DNA from: Felis catus
Taxonomy: Eukaryota
DNA: 64,000 bases
NCBI RefSeq assembly: GCF_018350175.1
Contig: NC_058385.1
Span: forward strand, 40,238,001 to 40,302,000
Reading direction: 5' to 3'
The notes under the pieces were generated by a model. It worked only from the letters and a program-made list of their open reading frames with translations, made no database searches and was not told where the DNA came from. A program made the position numbers and the translations under genes. Positions 61,708 through 64,000 of this stretch are shown piece by piece. Each line of letters opens with the position of its first letter. Positions within the stretch are counted from its first letter, which is position 1.

Positions 61708-62659
61708 ACATCCTATTTTGCAGCAAGTATGACAGACAAGTCTGAATAAACTGAGCCAACAGTTTATGGGACTTAGTATGTGATAATATGACCTTACAAG
61801 GCTCCTCCTTCCTCTAATGCATAGAATTGTGCCATTGGACATGAATCCAGCCATTTAATTCTTTTACACGAACATAAAAATGTCCTCTATGCACAGCAAG
61901 AATAAAGAACTGAAGAGAAGCCTCAGCATCTAATCAAATGATGTTCTCTCAACCCATTTATACTTCTCTGGAGGCTCCCTCAGTGGTGTTTTCCTAATGA
62001 GAAAATGATTTTGGGGAGATGACCAGTATCCTGTAAACAAGGCACTAAAACACCCCCCATGCTTAGCCATCAGACAACATCCTTAGACTATATGCTCCAT
62101 TAAGGTAGCTGTAGACTCTGTCCATTGGATCCCTTCCTGTACCCTCAGTGGCCAGCCAGCACAGTGTCTGGAAAGTAGGAGGTATGAGATAAATATTTTT
62201 AGAATAAATGCTTCCTGAACTCCAGTCTAATTATTCTACACCCAGACAGGCAGCTTGGGAAAGAACATGGCCTTCTCCCCAGGGTTTTAGGGGAGCTGCT
62301 GTCTAATGTCATTGTTAAGGTGTTTAGTGCTTCAGCCTTCAAGAAAGAAAGAGCAAGGACTATTTTTAAACCCCACTGGCAAGAACTCCTGACATCTTTG
62401 AAAGATGAAAAGAAAGTTGCCAAGCAGTGAAAAGCAGTAATTATGCCAGGCAGACACTCATCATTCGGACCAGGGATCTTCATTTAATTTACCTCAGTTA
62501 AGACTGAGTAATTTGTGCAGAGGAACCTCATTCAGGCTTTCAGCTAAATTTCAGATTGAAAGGATACTGCCGGCTAGTGAGGAGCCCTGATGTGGAAAGT
62601 TACAAAAACCATCAATATGTTTTGTGCTCTTCGTTACTTGATACATTACCCCATAGATA

Positions 62660-62900
62660 TCAATAATAATATGAAACAGCAATGGCAGGGGATGTTTGTA
62701 GAGCACTCTAGTAGGTCTTTCACATGTACTGTCTCACTTAATACTCAGTAAGATACCACGAGCTACATGCTATTGCCCTATTTGTTTTCAGTTGCAAAAA
62801 CCCATCATTCAAAGAACGTGAATGGCTCCATGGAGGCCTCACATGTGCTAAATGGTAGAGTCAGAAGTTAAATCCAGGCTGCCTGATTTCAAAAGCTCTT
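62660..62900 (-). mobile_element. MIR
   Basis: TCTCACTTAATACTCA and GCTAAATGGTAGAGTCAGAAGTTAAATCCAGGCTGCCTGA. Confidence 0.7.
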
Positions 62901-63160
62901 GACAACTAGAGGAATTTCCGGTTGAGTAATGTCTTAAGATTTGTCTCCACCTTCTTTCTACAAATTTAGATGAACATTTAGAAGACAAGTAAGAGGAATC
63001 TGAATATCATTGGGTCTATTTTTCTCTATTCCTTTCTATAACAAGTGTTAGCATGATCTAGACCACAAGAAGGTGCAACTACAATGACCTCCCAGGCCCT
63101 GTCTCACAGCAGGTCTCGGGATAGATAGACCAGAGTGGGGTAGCCATATTCAAAAAGTAA

Positions 63161-63390
63161 GAGGCGCCTGGGTGGCTCAGTTGCTTAAGTGGCCAACTTC
63201 AGCTCAGGTCACGATCTTGCAGTTCGTGAGTTCAAGTCCCATGTCCGGCTCGGTGCTGACAGCTCAGAGCCTGGAGCCTGCTTCAGATTCTGTGTCTCCC
63301 TCTCTCTCTCTGCCCCTCCCCCACTCACACTCCATCTCTCTCTTGTGTTTCAAAAAATGAAGAAACGTCTAAAAATTTTTTTTAAATTAA
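63161..63390 (+). mobile_element. SINEC_Fc
   Basis: GGCGCCTGGGTGGCTCAG head, CT-rich body, degraded A-tail. Confidence 0.94.
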
Positions 63391-63720
63391 GAGTTTTCTT
63401 TCATCTGTCATTGCACAAACAGCTGTTGAGGCATTTGCCATTAGAAGACTTCATCAAGTCACCCCCCTCTCTGAGCCTCCTCCTGGGGAAAGAGCATGGG
63501 CTTTGGATTCACACAGACAGAAGGACTCCTGGGAACCCACCAGAAACAGAGAGAGAGTAAGCTGTAATTCTTTGGTCACTCCACCTAGTACGGTGGAGTC
63601 ATCGAGAGTTTCTGCATTCATTCATATAGTACAGAATGAACTATATGATGTTCATTCATCATATAGAATGATGAATTCTATATGATTCATCTAGAATCAT
63701 AGATGAATCTAGGCCTAGAT

Positions 63721-63925
63721 CCTTGCTGCCCAGTCCAGTAGCCACCAGCCACATGTGCATATTTCAGTTGAAAACAAAATTAAAAATTCAGTTCCTTAGT
63801 TGCACTGGCCACTTTTCAAGTGCTCAGTAGTGCATGTGGCTAATGGCCACTGTATTGGACAATGCAGATCTTGACCATTTCTAGAATGTTCCAATCATCA
63901 CAGAAAATACTATTGGACAGTGCCA
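63721..63925 (+). mobile_element. MER3-like hAT-Charlie MITE
   Basis: GTAGCCACCAGCCACATGTG, TTTCAAGTGCTCAGTAG, TATTGGACAGTG; 8-bp TSD G(C/T)CTAGAT at 63713-63720 and 63926-63933, the NTCTAGAN target typical of this group. Confidence 0.9.
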
Positions 63926-64000
63926 GTCTAGATAAAAAAGGAGAGCAAACCCTTGCTGGCCAAATGACTGGTATTTAAAGGAAAAGGGGACACGTGCTCC

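Noticed and set aside
385-63685. ORF track entries as protein-coding genes
   Set aside because: All are short and many start at non-ATG codons. Apart from the ERVL relic none resembles a protein I recognise. Recurrent peptides such as PTSAQVMIS and LEPASDSVSPSLS are translations of SINEC copies.

Overview
This is mammalian nuclear DNA, not prokaryotic. The 21 carnivore tRNA-derived SINEs look like felid SINEC_Fc, and one L1 3' end is of the felid type, so the source is most likely a cat-family genome. Nine N-gaps of 132-284 bp suggest a short-read scaffold. I find no protein-coding gene that I can support; the ORF track is explained by repeats, N-runs and chance. The window looks like a large intron or gene desert. 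It holds ancient repeats (MIR, L2, MER DNA transposons, MLT/ERVL LTRs), carnivore-specific SINE and L1 insertions with readable target-site duplications (TSDs), microsatellites, and several repeat-free AT-rich blocks that resemble conserved enhancers. The only recognisable protein relic is a decayed ERVL integrase-dUTPase segment at about 14.3-16.3 kb, inside a nested retroviral stack. The most notable structures are four closely spaced tail-to-tail inverted SINE pairs, two isolated CpG-rich patches, a chain of five overlapping inverted repeats near 63.6 kb, and two possible plus-strand exons. I see no solid evidence of a novel biological system. Repeat family names come from my recall of consensus sequences and need RepeatMasker/Dfam confirmation; boundaries of old repeats are approximate.
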